Assembly (NCBI RefSeq): GCF_013004595.1
Contig: NZ_JABEMC010000004.1
Location: forward strand, 62,001-126,000
From: Brevibacterium luteolum
Lineage (GTDB): Bacteria > Actinomycetota > Actinomycetes > Actinomycetales > Brevibacteriaceae
Direction: 5' to 3'
Length of the DNA stretch: 64,000 bases
Part shown: positions 20,045 to 29,210 of the stretch, piece by piece
Layout: each line of letters starts with the position of its first letter
Numbering within the stretch: the stretch's first letter is position 1
Notes under the pieces: generated by a model
Database searches by the model: none
Told to the model about the DNA's origin: nothing
The model's input: only the letters and a program-made list of their open reading frames with translations
Made by a program: the position numbers and the translations under genes

Positions 20045-21055
20045 TCAGTCGTTGAGAATGACCGAGACGTACTTCGCCACAGCTCGCACTGCGGCCATCG
20101 TCGTCGGATAGTCCATGCGGGTCGGGCCGAGCACCGCCAGGCTGGCCGCAGAATCCTGCGCCCCGTAGCTGGTGGCCACGACCGAGGTCGAGGAGAAGGA
20201 CTCGACGGTGTTCTCGCTGCCGATGCGCACGCTGACCTCGTCGGTCTCGGCTGCGATCGAGGTGAGCAGCTTGAGCAGCACGACCTGCTCCTCGAAGGCT
20301 TCGAGGAGTGGGCCGATGTGGGCGCCGAGCTCGCGGGCGGAGCGGGCGAGGTTGGCGGTGCCGGCCATGACGAGGCGGTCCTGGCGGCCGACCTGGCTGA
20401 GGTCGGCCAGGGCGGTGGCCACGGCGTGGGCGGCTCGCTGGTGCTCTGGTGGCACCTCGATGCGCTCACAGGCCTGCTTGACGGCGTCCATCGGCACGTT
20501 GTGCACGGCGGCGCTGATGCGGTCGCGGAGGCTGGCGACCTCCTCGTCGGTCAGTTCGCTGCCGGCGTCGATGAGGCGCTGTTCGACCTGCCCGGCGTCG
20601 CTGATGAGCACGACGAGCAGGCGGTGGCCGGCGATCGAGACGAGTTCGATGTGGCGCACCTTCGTCTGCCGGGCGATCGGGTACTGCACGACGGCGACCT
20701 GCTGGGTCAGTCCGGCCAGCAGCCGGACGGTGCGCTCGAGCATCTCGTCGATGTCGAGTGGCTCTTCGAGGATCCGGGCGATCGCCCGCTTCTCGGCTGC
20801 CGAGAGCGGCTTGACCTCGTCGATGCGATCGACGAAGCGCCGGTAGCCCTTGTCGGTGGGCACGCGCCCTGCCGAGGTGTGGGGCTGGGCGATGAGCCCT
20901 TCGCTTTCGAGCGCGGACATGTCGTTGCGGATGGTCGCTGAGGACACGCCGAGCTGGTGGCGTTCGACGAGCGCCTTCGAGCCGACCGGCTCGTTCGTGG
21001 CGACGTAGTCTTCGACGATGGCGCGCAGCACGCGCGTCCGGCGGTCATCGTTCAC
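20045..21055 (-). CDS. hrcA: Heat-inducible transcriptional repressor HrcA
   Basis: VEDYVATNEPVGSK, SSATIRNDM, QPHTSAGRVPTDKGYR, LGPTRMDY. Confidence 0.97.
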   Translation of the reverse strand: MNDDRRTRVLRAIVEDYVATNEPVGSKALVERHQLGVSSATIRNDMSALESEGLIAQPHTSAGRVPTDKGYRRFVDRIDEVKPLSAAEKRAIARILEEPLDIDEMLERTVRLLAGLTQQVAVVQYPIARQTKVRHIELVSIAGHRLLVVLISDAGQVEQRLIDAGSELTDEEVASLRDRISAAVHNVPMDAVKQACERIEVPPEHQRAAHAVATALADLSQVGRQDRLVMAGTANLARSARELGAHIGPLLEAFEEQVVLLKLLTSIAAETDEVSVRIGSENTVESFSSTSVVATSYGAQDSAASLAVLGPTRMDYPTTMAAVRAVAKYVSVILND

Positions 21056-21111
21056 GTGGCCTCGACCTCCTCCTCACTCGTGTCCGGCCCGCATGCCCGC
21101 ACGCACGCGGG

Positions 21112-21138
21112 CTGGCACTCAGTCAATGCGAGTGCCAA
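21112..21138 (-). promoter_or_regulatory. CIRCE operator (HrcA binding site)
   Basis: Minus strand TTGGCACTC-N9-GAGTGCCAG matches CIRCE TTAGCACTC-N9-GAGTGCTAA; directly upstream of hrcA. Confidence 0.9.
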
Positions 21139-21208
21139 TCAAGTGTACGCCTCGCCGATGGTCTGCCCAAACAGGGCCACACCGGGTGGGCGCAATTACC
21201 CTTGTCGT

Positions 21209-22087
21209 GTGACTTTCTACGATCCCTACGGAGCCGATGTGCTCGCCGGCTCCTCCCCGCGCGCCCACCGCCGTCCCCGCTCAGCTGAGGTGCCCGCCCA
21301 GCGCGGCCTCGTCGTCGAGGACGTCGAGACCGGGTATGTCGGGGCGATCACCGGGGTGGAGAAGACCTCTGCCGGCTGGGTCATGCGCTTGGAGGACCGC
21401 CACGGCCGCACCCGCCTCGCGCCCTTGGGACCGGGATACTGGGTCGACGGCAAACCGGTGACGATCACCCGCCCGCAGGCCAGCCGCCCGGCTGCCCCGG
21501 CGCGCACCGCCTCGGGATCGGTGGCCAGGACCGACCAGCGGGCACGGGTGGCCCGCGGCTCGCGCATCTGGGTGGAGGGCAAGCACGACGCTGAGCTGGT
21601 GGAGAAGATCTGGGGTGACGACCTGCGCGGCGAGGGCGTCGTCGTCGAACCGCTCGGCGGCCTCGACGTGCTGGCTGACAAGCTCGCCGAGTTCGGACCC
21701 GACCGGAAGCATCGCGTCGGGGTGCTCGCCGATCACCTCGTGGCCGGCACCAAGGAATCCCGCATCGCCGAGGCGGTGCTCGCCGATGAGCGCTTCGCCG
21801 GGGTCGTGCACATCATCGGCCACCCCTATATCGACATCTGGCAGGCGGTGAAGCCGGCCGTCGTCGGGATTCCGGTGTGGCCGCAGGTCCCGCGCGGGGA
21901 GGACTTCAAGGTCGGCACGCTGCGCCGGCTTGGCTGGCCGGCCCGCGATCAGCGCGATATCGCTCTGGGCTGGCAGCGGATTCTGCGCTCGGTGAGGACG
22001 ATCGCCGATGTCGAGCCGACGCTGTCGGGCCGGGTCGAGGAGCTCATCGACTTCGTCACCGTCGACCACCTCTACGGGCAGGTGTGA
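21209..22087 (+). CDS. DUF3097 family protein
   Basis: GLVVED, RTASGS, ARGSRIWVEGKHDAELVEKIWGDDLR, GHPYIDIWQAVKP; conserved neighbour of hrcA. GTG at 21209 lies 6 nt after TACCCT. Confidence 0.88.
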   Translation: MTFYDPYGADVLAGSSPRAHRRPRSAEVPAQRGLVVEDVETGYVGAITGVEKTSAGWVMRLEDRHGRTRLAPLGPGYWVDGKPVTITRPQASRPAAPARTASGSVARTDQRARVARGSRIWVEGKHDAELVEKIWGDDLRGEGVVVEPLGGLDVLADKLAEFGPDRKHRVGVLADHLVAGTKESRIAEAVLADERFAGVVHIIGHPYIDIWQAVKPAVVGIPVWPQVPRGEDFKVGTLRRLGWPARDQRDIALGWQRILRSVRTIADVEPTLSGRVEELIDFVTVDHLYGQV

Positions 22088-22224
22088 GCGGCCACGGCAC
22101 CTGTGTCAGCCTGTTGCCGCATCCACGCGCCATTCCGATGTGCCAAGACTGCATCATCGCGCCGTGACGGCACGAGCGCACCTCGACTACCGTAGAGCGC
22201 AGAACACTCTCTGAAAGGACAGCC

Positions 22225-22863
22225 ATGAGCTCCGAATACAATCCCCAGGGCGGCTACGGCTCGCAGCCGGCCGGCCAGCCCGGCTACGGCTCGCAGCCCG
22301 GCGGCCATCCTGGTCCCGGTTCCCAGCCCGGCGGCTACCAGCAGCCTGGCGGCTACAGCGGACAGCCGGGCGCCTATGGTCAGCCGGGTCCTCAGCAGCA
22401 GCGCCCGACGGCCCCGAACGGCCAGCCGATCGGCGGTTCGACTCTGGCCGGTGTGCCGCTGAAAGGCCCTCACCCGGAAGGCGCGTACCAGCAGGGGTCG
22501 GCAGGCTACTGGCACGCCGATCCTGACGAACGGCAGATGGCGATGTGGAACGGCGTCGGCATCCTGCTGCTCGGCTGGCTCATGCCGCTCATCATCTTCG
22601 TCATCTACAAGGACCGCAGCGCTTTCGTCCGCGAGCACTCGCGGCAGATGCTCAACACCAACATCTCCTACTCGCTGTACTTGATCGGTCTCGCCGTCGT
22701 CTTCGGCATCATCACGATCGTGACGCTGGGCTTCGGGGCGATCGTCTTCGTGCTGTATTTCGTCCCGGTGATCGCGCTGTACATCTTCGCGATCATATCT
22801 GCCGTGCGCGGCAACAACGGTGAGGGCTACCGTGCGCCGCTCACCATCGACATGGTCAAGTGA
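22225..22863 (+). CDS. DUF4870 family membrane protein with G/Q/P/Y-rich N-terminus
   Basis: DERQMAM...PLIIFVIYKDRSAFVREHSRQMLN...YRAPLTI pattern; SD GAAAGG. Confidence 0.85.
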   Translation: MSSEYNPQGGYGSQPAGQPGYGSQPGGHPGPGSQPGGYQQPGGYSGQPGAYGQPGPQQQRPTAPNGQPIGGSTLAGVPLKGPHPEGAYQQGSAGYWHADPDERQMAMWNGVGILLLGWLMPLIIFVIYKDRSAFVREHSRQMLNTNISYSLYLIGLAVVFGIITIVTLGFGAIVFVLYFVPVIALYIFAIISAVRGNNGEGYRAPLTIDMVK

Positions 22864-22882
22864 TCAGTACGAGCTCATGATT

Positions 22883-22917
22883 CTGTGAGGCCGGTCTCGT
22901 TGGGGCCGGCCTCACAG
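22883..22917. terminator. Bidirectional terminator hairpin between convergent DUF4870 gene and hemW
   Basis: CTGTGAGGCCGG...CCGGCCTCACAG, 12-bp perfect arms. Confidence 0.65.
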
Positions 22918-24141
22918 CGTTTCGGTGATGCGGCGGACCATGAGATCACATAGCAGGCGGCCCTTGAGCGTCGGGCTGAAGATCCCGCGTTCGTAGGCGC
23001 TGGGCTCCAGCAGCCCGGCGCGTGCGAACTCGGCAGCCTCCGCCTGGCCGGCAGCCGGCAGGCTGTCGATCGGCAGGCCCTCGCGCAGCCGGGCGGTGAG
23101 CATGATCCGCTCCAGTTCCTGCACCTCGTCATCGAGGATCTCCCGGCCGATGACCGGGCTATGCCCGGCGCGCAGCCGGTCGGCCCAGGCACGCGGATGC
23201 TTGGCATTCCACATCCGCACCCCGCCGAGGTGGGAGTGGGCTCCGGGTCCGAATCCCCACCAGTCGTCGCCGTGCCAGTAGGCGAGGTTGTGCCGGCAGC
23301 GGGTGTCTGGACCGGTTGAGTAGTTGCTCACCTCGTACCACTGGTAGCCGGCGGCACCGAGCAGCTGGTCGGCGAGTTCGTACTTGTCAGCGGCATCGTC
23401 GTCAGAGGGCATCGGCAGCTGCCCGCGCCGTATCTGGCCAGCCATCTTCGTGCCGTCTTCGATGATGAGCGAGTAGGCCGAGACGTGATCAGGTGCGCAG
23501 GCGATCGCCTGTTCGAGGGAGACGTGCCAGTCATCGAGGCTCTCCCCCGGTGTGCCGTAGATGAGGTCGAGGCTGACCTGCAGGCCGGCTTCTTTCGCCC
23601 ATTCGACGACCTGCGGGATCCGCGCGGCGTCGTGCGTGCGGTCCAAGGTGGCCAGCACCTCGGGAACGGCCGACTGCATGCCAAGAGACACCCGCGTGAA
23701 TCCAGCCGCTGCCAGAGTCGCAAGGTAGTCCGGGCTCAGCGTGTCAGGGTTCGCCTCGGTCGTGATCTCCGCATCAGCGGCGAACCGGAAGCGCTCCTGC
23801 ACGTCTGTCAGCACCCCGGCCAGCACGTCTGCTGGCAGCAGGGTCGGGGTGCCGCCGCCGAAGAAGACCGTGGAGACCTCCCGGTCGGGAAAGCCCGCTC
23901 GGTCCATAGATGCCCGGACGAAGTCGAGCTCAGCGGCGAGCATCGGGCGGTAGTCGCTGCGCGAGGCGCCGGGTCCGAGCTCGTCGGCGGTGTAGGTGTT
24001 GAAGTCGCAGTACCCGCAGCGCACCCGGCAGTACGGGACGTGGATATAGAGGCTCAGGCCGCGCTCGGCGGCACCGACGACTGCGCTGGCCGGCAGGCTG
24101 CCGTCCAGCGGTGCCGGTTCGCCCGCAGGCTGGGCGGGCAT
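22912..24141 (-). CDS. hemW: Radical SAM heme chaperone HemW
   Basis: YIHVPYCRVRCGYCDFNTY, FFGGGTPT, EANP, YEVSNY, HNLAYW; ATG at 24141 just after the lepA stop. Confidence 0.93.
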   Translation of the reverse strand: MPAQPAGEPAPLDGSLPASAVVGAAERGLSLYIHVPYCRVRCGYCDFNTYTADELGPGASRSDYRPMLAAELDFVRASMDRAGFPDREVSTVFFGGGTPTLLPADVLAGVLTDVQERFRFAADAEITTEANPDTLSPDYLATLAAAGFTRVSLGMQSAVPEVLATLDRTHDAARIPQVVEWAKEAGLQVSLDLIYGTPGESLDDWHVSLEQAIACAPDHVSAYSLIIEDGTKMAGQIRRGQLPMPSDDDAADKYELADQLLGAAGYQWYEVSNYSTGPDTRCRHNLAYWHGDDWWGFGPGAHSHLGGVRMWNAKHPRAWADRLRAGHSPVIGREILDDEVQELERIMLTARLREGLPIDSLPAAGQAEAAEFARAGLLEPSAYERGIFSPTLKGRLLCDLMVRRITETL

Positions 24142-24142
24142 A

Positions 24143-26005
24143 TCAGTTCTTCTTCGCCCCGTCGCCGTCGGAGGACAGTGCGGCGATGAAGGCATCCTGG
24201 GGCACCTCGACGGTGCCGACCATCTTCATGCGCTTCTTGCCTTCCTTCTGCTTCTCCAGCAGCTTGCGCTTACGGCTGATGTCACCGCCGTAGCACTTGG
24301 AGAGCACGTCCTTGCGGATCGCCCGGATCGTCTCACGGGCGATGATCCGCGAACCGATCGCGGCCTGGACGGGCACCTCGAACTGCTGGCGCGGGATGAG
24401 CTCCTTGAGCTTCGAGGCCATCTTCACGCCGTAGCTGTACGCCTCATCGCGGTGGACGATCGCCGAGAACGCATCGACGGTGTCGCCGTGCAGCAGGATG
24501 TCGACCTTGACGAGGTTGGCGGCCTGCTGGCCGTCGGGCTCGTAGTCGAGAGATGCATAGCCCTTGGTGCGGGACTTGAGCTGGTCGAAGAAGTCGAAGA
24601 CGATCTCGCCGAGGGGGATCCGGTAGCGCAGCTCGACGCGATCCTCGGACAGGTAGTCCATGCCGTTCATCTGCCCGCGCTTGGCCTGGCACAGCTCCAT
24701 GACCGGGCCGACGAAGTCGCTGGGGGTCAGCACGGTGGCGCGCACCATCGGCTCGTGCACTTCGGCGATCTTGCCCTCGGGGTACTCCGAGGGATTCGTC
24801 ACGGTGTGTTCGGAACCGTCTTCCATCCGCACCTCGTAGACGACCGACGGGGCGGTCGAGATGAGGTCGAGGTCGAATTCGCGTTCGAGGCGCTCGCGCA
24901 CGATCTCCAGGTGCAGCAGGCCGAGGAACCCGCAGCGGAACCCGAAGCCGAGTGCCGCGGAGGTCTCCGGTTCATAGGTGAGTGCGGCGTCGTTGAGCTT
25001 GAGCTTGTCGAGTGCCTCACGCAGATCCGGGTACTGGGATCCGTCGATCGGGAACAGCCCGGAGAACACCATCGGCTTGGGATCCTGGTAGCCGGCCAGC
25101 GGCTCGGTTGCGGCATTGTGGGCGGTGGTGACGGTGTCGCCGACGCGGGACTGCCGGACATCCTTGACGCCGGTGATGAGGTAGCCGACCTCGCCTGCCC
25201 GCAGGCCCTTCGACGGGTGCGGCTCCGGTGACGATACGCCGATCTCCAGGAGCTCGTGGGTGGCGTGGGTGGAGATCATCTCGATCTTGTCGCGCGGGCG
25301 CAGGCTGCCGTCGACGACGCGGACGTAGGTGACGACTCCGCGGTAGGTGTCGTAGACGGAGTCGAAGATCATCGCTCGGGCTGGGCCGTCCGGGTCGCCT
25401 TCCGGGGCGGGGATGTCGGTGATGATGCGGTCGAGGACCTCTTCGACGCCCTCGCCGGTCTTGCCGGAGACGAGCAGGCAGTCCTCGGGTTCGCAGCCGA
25501 TGAGCCCGGCGAGCTCGTCGGCGTACTTGTCCGGCTGGGCGGCCGGCAGGTCGATCTTGTTGAGCACCGGGATGATCGTGAGGTCGTTTTCCATCGCCAG
25601 GTACAGGTTCGCCAGGGTCTGGGCTTCGATGCCCTGGGCGGCGTCGACAAGCAGCAGTGCGCCTTCGCAGGCGGCCAGCGAGCGGGACACCTCGTAGGTG
25701 AAGTCGACGTGGCCCGGCGTGTCGATCATGTTGAGGGCGTAGGGTGCGCCGTCGACCTCCCACGGCATGCGCACGGCCTGGGATTTGATGGTGATGCCGC
25801 GTTCGCGTTCGATGTCCATCCGGTCGAGGTACTGGGCGCGCATATCGCGCGGCTGCACTACCCCGGTGATCTGGAGCATCCGGTCGGCCAGTGTCGATTT
25901 GCCGTGATCGATGTGGGCGATGATGCAGAAGTTGCGGATGAGCTCCTGCGGGGTCGCCGCTACCTGGATGCGTGCTGCGGCGTCATCACTGACCTGTGGT
26001 GCCAT
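24143..26005 (-). CDS. lepA: Translation elongation factor 4 (LepA)
   Basis: [60 protein letters not shown] at 26005 with SD GAAAGGG. Confidence 0.98.
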   Translation of the reverse strand: MAPQVSDDAAARIQVAATPQELIRNFCIIAHIDHGKSTLADRMLQITGVVQPRDMRAQYLDRMDIERERGITIKSQAVRMPWEVDGAPYALNMIDTPGHVDFTYEVSRSLAACEGALLLVDAAQGIEAQTLANLYLAMENDLTIIPVLNKIDLPAAQPDKYADELAGLIGCEPEDCLLVSGKTGEGVEEVLDRIITDIPAPEGDPDGPARAMIFDSVYDTYRGVVTYVRVVDGSLRPRDKIEMISTHATHELLEIGVSSPEPHPSKGLRAGEVGYLITGVKDVRQSRVGDTVTTAHNAATEPLAGYQDPKPMVFSGLFPIDGSQYPDLREALDKLKLNDAALTYEPETSAALGFGFRCGFLGLLHLEIVRERLEREFDLDLISTAPSVVYEVRMEDGSEHTVTNPSEYPEGKIAEVHEPMVRATVLTPSDFVGPVMELCQAKRGQMNGMDYLSEDRVELRYRIPLGEIVFDFFDQLKSRTKGYASLDYEPDGQQAANLVKVDILLHGDTVDAFSAIVHRDEAYSYGVKMASKLKELIPRQQFEVPVQAAIGSRIIARETIRAIRKDVLSKCYGGDISRKRKLLEKQKEGKKRMKMVGTVEVPQDAFIAALSSDGDGAKKN

Positions 26006-26113
26006 GAACGTCGACGTCCCTTTCGTATACGAGCGAACCTCTATTGTTCCATGACCGTGCGCCTGGCACCGAACTGGCATCAGGCGGTGGTGGCCGGTTC
26101 GTAGAATGAGGCC

Positions 26114-26908
26114 ATGCTTCTCCGTCCACGCGATGCTGACCAGCTTTCCGTCATGTCCTTCAACCTGCGCTATCCGGCCCTCGACGGGCAGCCGTGGCGC
26201 AGGCGACTGCCGCAGGCGGCAGCGGTCATCCGGCAGGAACGCCCGCACCTCATCGGCACCCAGGAGGGGATGCTGCGCCAGCTCACCGGGCTCATCGATG
26301 CGCTGCCGGATCACTACCAGTGGCTCGGTGAGGGTCGCGAAGGCGGGGATGCCGGCGAGTTCACCGCAGTAATCTACGATTCGCGCCGCCTGGAGATCAC
26401 CCACCAGGAGGTGTCATGGCTGTCCGAGCGTCCGCATGTGCCAGGTTCGAAGTCATGGGGTGCTCGTTATCCGCGCACGATGACCGTCGTGGATGCCGTC
26501 GACACCCGCACGCGCGCTCCGCTGCGGTTCATCAACGTGCACCTCGACCATCGGTCCGATCACGCCCAGGTCAACTCCGCAGCCCTCATCCTGGAGAAGA
26601 TTCGGGAAGCGGGAACCGAATCGGTGCTCATCGGTGACTTCAACGCCTATAAGGACCGGGCCGTCTACCGCACGCTCATGGATTCCGGGCTGCTGACCGA
26701 TGCGGTGGTCTCCTGCCCGTCGGAGACGTGCGAGATCAATACGTTCCACGGCTACCGAGGCCCGCGCCGCGACGGGCAGCACATGGACTGGATCCTGCAC
26801 ACGGCAGGTCTGCGCACCTGCGCAACCGGCGTCAACATCTTTGGCCGCGGTGTGCAGTACCCCTCCGATCATTTTCCGCTTCAGGCGCTGATCGAGCACT
26901 GCGGGTGA
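26114..26908 (+). CDS. Endonuclease/exonuclease/phosphatase (EEP) family protein
   Basis: MSFNLR, IGTQE, NVHLDH, IGDFN, MDWIL, PSDHFP. Confidence 0.9.
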   Translation: MLLRPRDADQLSVMSFNLRYPALDGQPWRRRLPQAAAVIRQERPHLIGTQEGMLRQLTGLIDALPDHYQWLGEGREGGDAGEFTAVIYDSRRLEITHQEVSWLSERPHVPGSKSWGARYPRTMTVVDAVDTRTRAPLRFINVHLDHRSDHAQVNSAALILEKIREAGTESVLIGDFNAYKDRAVYRTLMDSGLLTDAVVSCPSETCEINTFHGYRGPRRDGQHMDWILHTAGLRTCATGVNIFGRGVQYPSDHFPLQALIEHCG

Positions 26909-26958
26909 AGTGCTGCAGCCCGCCTGTCGATGAGACACGAGTTCGCTAGGCTGTGAGC

Positions 26959-27681
26959 ATGGATTTCAAGGGACTCGCCCGCCGGGCCGTCAACCGCGGA
27001 GTGCGCGGCGGCGTCGGCTTCGTCAGCCGCAAACTGGCCGATCCGCGCACGCGCCAGGCGATCGGTGACGTCATCGGCGGTAAGGAACCGGCCACCGTGC
27101 TGCGGGAGTACCGCGATTCAGGCCGAGCCGAACGCACTGAGCGAGCCCGCCGGGAACGCGAGCAGGCGCCTCGGGAGCGGAAGACGAAGGGTGCTGACCC
27201 GCGCAGCGAGTACGCTCCTGCCACGAAAGCAGGCCGACAGCGTCCCAAGCAGAGCTTCCCGCGACGGCCCTCCGGCGGGTACCCCGGTGACTACACCGGC
27301 CCGATCCGCCCGATCTACACCCCGGATCTCGACGGGGAAGCCGATCCGGGTGAGATCGTGTGGGCGTGGGTGCCCTATGAGGAGGACCATTCCAAGGGCA
27401 AGGACCGTCCGGTGCTCATCATCGGCCGGGAGGGCCGGTGGCTGCTCGGGCTCATGCTCACAAGCAAGGACAACATCCCCGGTTCGGTCGGCGAGGTCCA
27501 TGTGACCGAGCACGCCCGCTACATCAACATCGGCACCGGTGATTGGGACGTGGAGCACCGGCCCTCGGAGATCCGTCTCGACCGGATCGTGCGGATCGAA
27601 GACGGTGCGGTGCGCCGGGAGGGCGCGATCATGCCGATGGGGCTGTTCTCCCGCGTCGTCGACGAAGTGCGAAACGCCTAG
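26959..27681 (+). CDS. PemK/MazF-like domain protein (lepA-associated actinobacterial type)
   Basis: YTPDLDGEADPGEIVWAWVPYEEDHSKGKDRPVLIIG, LMLTSK, GDWD...RPSEIRLDR, RREGA. ATG at 26959 lies 6 nt after TAGGCT. Confidence 0.8.
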   Translation: MDFKGLARRAVNRGVRGGVGFVSRKLADPRTRQAIGDVIGGKEPATVLREYRDSGRAERTERARREREQAPRERKTKGADPRSEYAPATKAGRQRPKQSFPRRPSGGYPGDYTGPIRPIYTPDLDGEADPGEIVWAWVPYEEDHSKGKDRPVLIIGREGRWLLGLMLTSKDNIPGSVGEVHVTEHARYINIGTGDWDVEHRPSEIRLDRIVRIEDGAVRREGAIMPMGLFSRVVDEVRNA

Positions 27682-27853
27682 TGCTCGTGTAGAATCGGTC
27701 GCTGTATGTTCACCGTTGGTGTGTGTCTCACCAGTGGTCGGGTGAATGTACACTCGCGGCTCTGGCAGTCTCTGTGTTTCCCCGCAGTGCTGTGGCGAGC
27801 AGTGAGTAGCCCTCACGACCATGAACAGTGACGAACACGAAAGAGTGTTGGAT

Positions 27854-28114
27854 TTGGCAAACATCAAGTCTCAGATCAAGCGGAACCTGACGAACGAGAA
27901 GGCTCGCCAGCGCAACCGCATTGTGCGCACCGAGGTGAAGACCGCTGTGCGCGCCGTGCGCGAGCAGGTCGAGGCCGGCAACGCTGAAGAAGCGCAGGCC
28001 GCCTTCCAGAAGGCTTCCCGCAAGCTGGACAAGGCTGTGTCGAAGGGTGTGCTGCACCGTAACAACGCGGCCAACCGCAAGTCGAAGCTTGCCAAGAAGG
28101 TCAACGCGCTCTGA
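27854..28114 (+). CDS. rpsT: 30S ribosomal protein S20
   Basis: TTG start, [21 protein letters not shown]...[20 protein letters not shown]. Confidence 0.97.
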   Translation: MANIKSQIKRNLTNEKARQRNRIVRTEVKTAVRAVREQVEAGNAEEAQAAFQKASRKLDKAVSKGVLHRNNAANRKSKLAKKVNAL

Positions 28115-28132
28115 TGCGCTGACCGCACTGGC

Positions 28133-28169
28133 TGAGGGCCGGGGATCCGATTCGGATCCCTGGCCCTCA
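28133..28169. terminator. Terminator hairpin between convergent rpsT and holA
   Basis: TGAGGGCCGGGGATCCG-ATT-CGGATCCCTGGCCCTCA (17-bp stem, one G:U pair). Confidence 0.8.
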
Positions 28170-28216
28170 TTCGTGTGCCCAGGCGTCGGCTGCTCCCCTG
28201 CCGGAGTCTGCCCGGT

Positions 28217-29206
28217 TCAGCGCACCTTCGACTGCTGGCAGATGAAGGTCACGAGCCGCTCGAGCGCGTAGACCGGATCACGGCCACCGCCCTTGACGGC
28301 ATAGTCTGCTTCAGCGACTTCGATGAGGACGCGTCCGAGTGCGACGTCGTTCCAGGAGCGCATTTCGCGCCTGGCCCGATCGACCTGCCAGGGGGCCATC
28401 TTCAGCTCAGACGCCAGCTGCTGCGGGCTGCCGGAGATCCCTTCGACACGAGCCATGTTGCGCACCTTCATCGCGATCGCTGCGACCAGCGGAACCGGGT
28501 CTGTGCCGGTGGCCAGGGCGTGGCGCAGCAGGGTGAGCGCTTCGGATGTCCGGCCTGAGACGGCGGCATCGGCGACTTTGAACCCGGTCGCTTCGACTCG
28601 GCCCCCGTAGTAGGCGTCAACCGTCTGCTCGGTGATCGGCCCTTCAGTATCGGCCAGCAGCTGTTCGATGCCGGCATTGAGTTCGGAGAGGTCGGCTCCG
28701 AGTGCGTCCATGAGCGCGGCGAGCGCACCGGAGGAGATCTCGCGTTTGGCAGCGGCGAACTGCTGTTGGGCGAACGCCTGCTTGTCGCTGTCGCTCTTGA
28801 GCGCCTGCGCATCGACGCGCGGATAACCGGCCTTCTCGATGGCTGTCAGCAGCTTTGAACCGCGGTTGCCTCCGGAGTGCTTGAGCACGAGAACGGCGTC
28901 TTCGTTGACCTTTTTGACGTAGTCGAGGGCATCGGCGAGAAAGGCGTCGTTCATCTGCGCGACGCCGTCGACGATGACGAGCTTGCGTTCGGAGAACAGG
29001 CTGGCACCGGCCACGAGGTCGAGGGAACCGGGTTCGTATCCGGCTGCATCGAGGTAGGAGGTCTCCAGATCCGCGGACTTCTGGCAGGCGGCGACGATAC
29101 GATCCTGGGCCTTGCGGATGAGCACTGCCTCAGGCCCGGAGATCACCACGACCGGGGCGGGTTTGGCCCGGTTGTACGGGATGAGGGTCTTCTTCTTCGC
29201 TGCCAC
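28217..29206 (-). CDS. holA: DNA polymerase III subunit delta
   Basis: ASLFSERKLVIV, YYGGRVEATGFKVADAA, MAPWQVDRARR, ADYAVKGG; conserved comEC-holA-rpsT context. Confidence 0.93.
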   Translation of the reverse strand: MAAKKKTLIPYNRAKPAPVVVISGPEAVLIRKAQDRIVAACQKSADLETSYLDAAGYEPGSLDLVAGASLFSERKLVIVDGVAQMNDAFLADALDYVKKVNEDAVLVLKHSGGNRGSKLLTAIEKAGYPRVDAQALKSDSDKQAFAQQQFAAAKREISSGALAALMDALGADLSELNAGIEQLLADTEGPITEQTVDAYYGGRVEATGFKVADAAVSGRTSEALTLLRHALATGTDPVPLVAAIAMKVRNMARVEGISGSPQQLASELKMAPWQVDRARREMRSWNDVALGRVLIEVAEADYAVKGGGRDPVYALERLVTFICQQSKVR

Positions 29207-29210
29207 GCCT

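Noticed and set aside
26006..26404. Apparent 133-aa N-terminal extension of LepA in the ORF track
   Set aside because: Overlaps the divergent EEP gene; an SD supports the start at 26005.
26114..27681. EEP + PemK-like pair as a toxin-antitoxin or defence system
   Set aside because: Each appears to have its own leaderless promoter, EEP is not a known MazE-type antitoxin, and the context is core genome.
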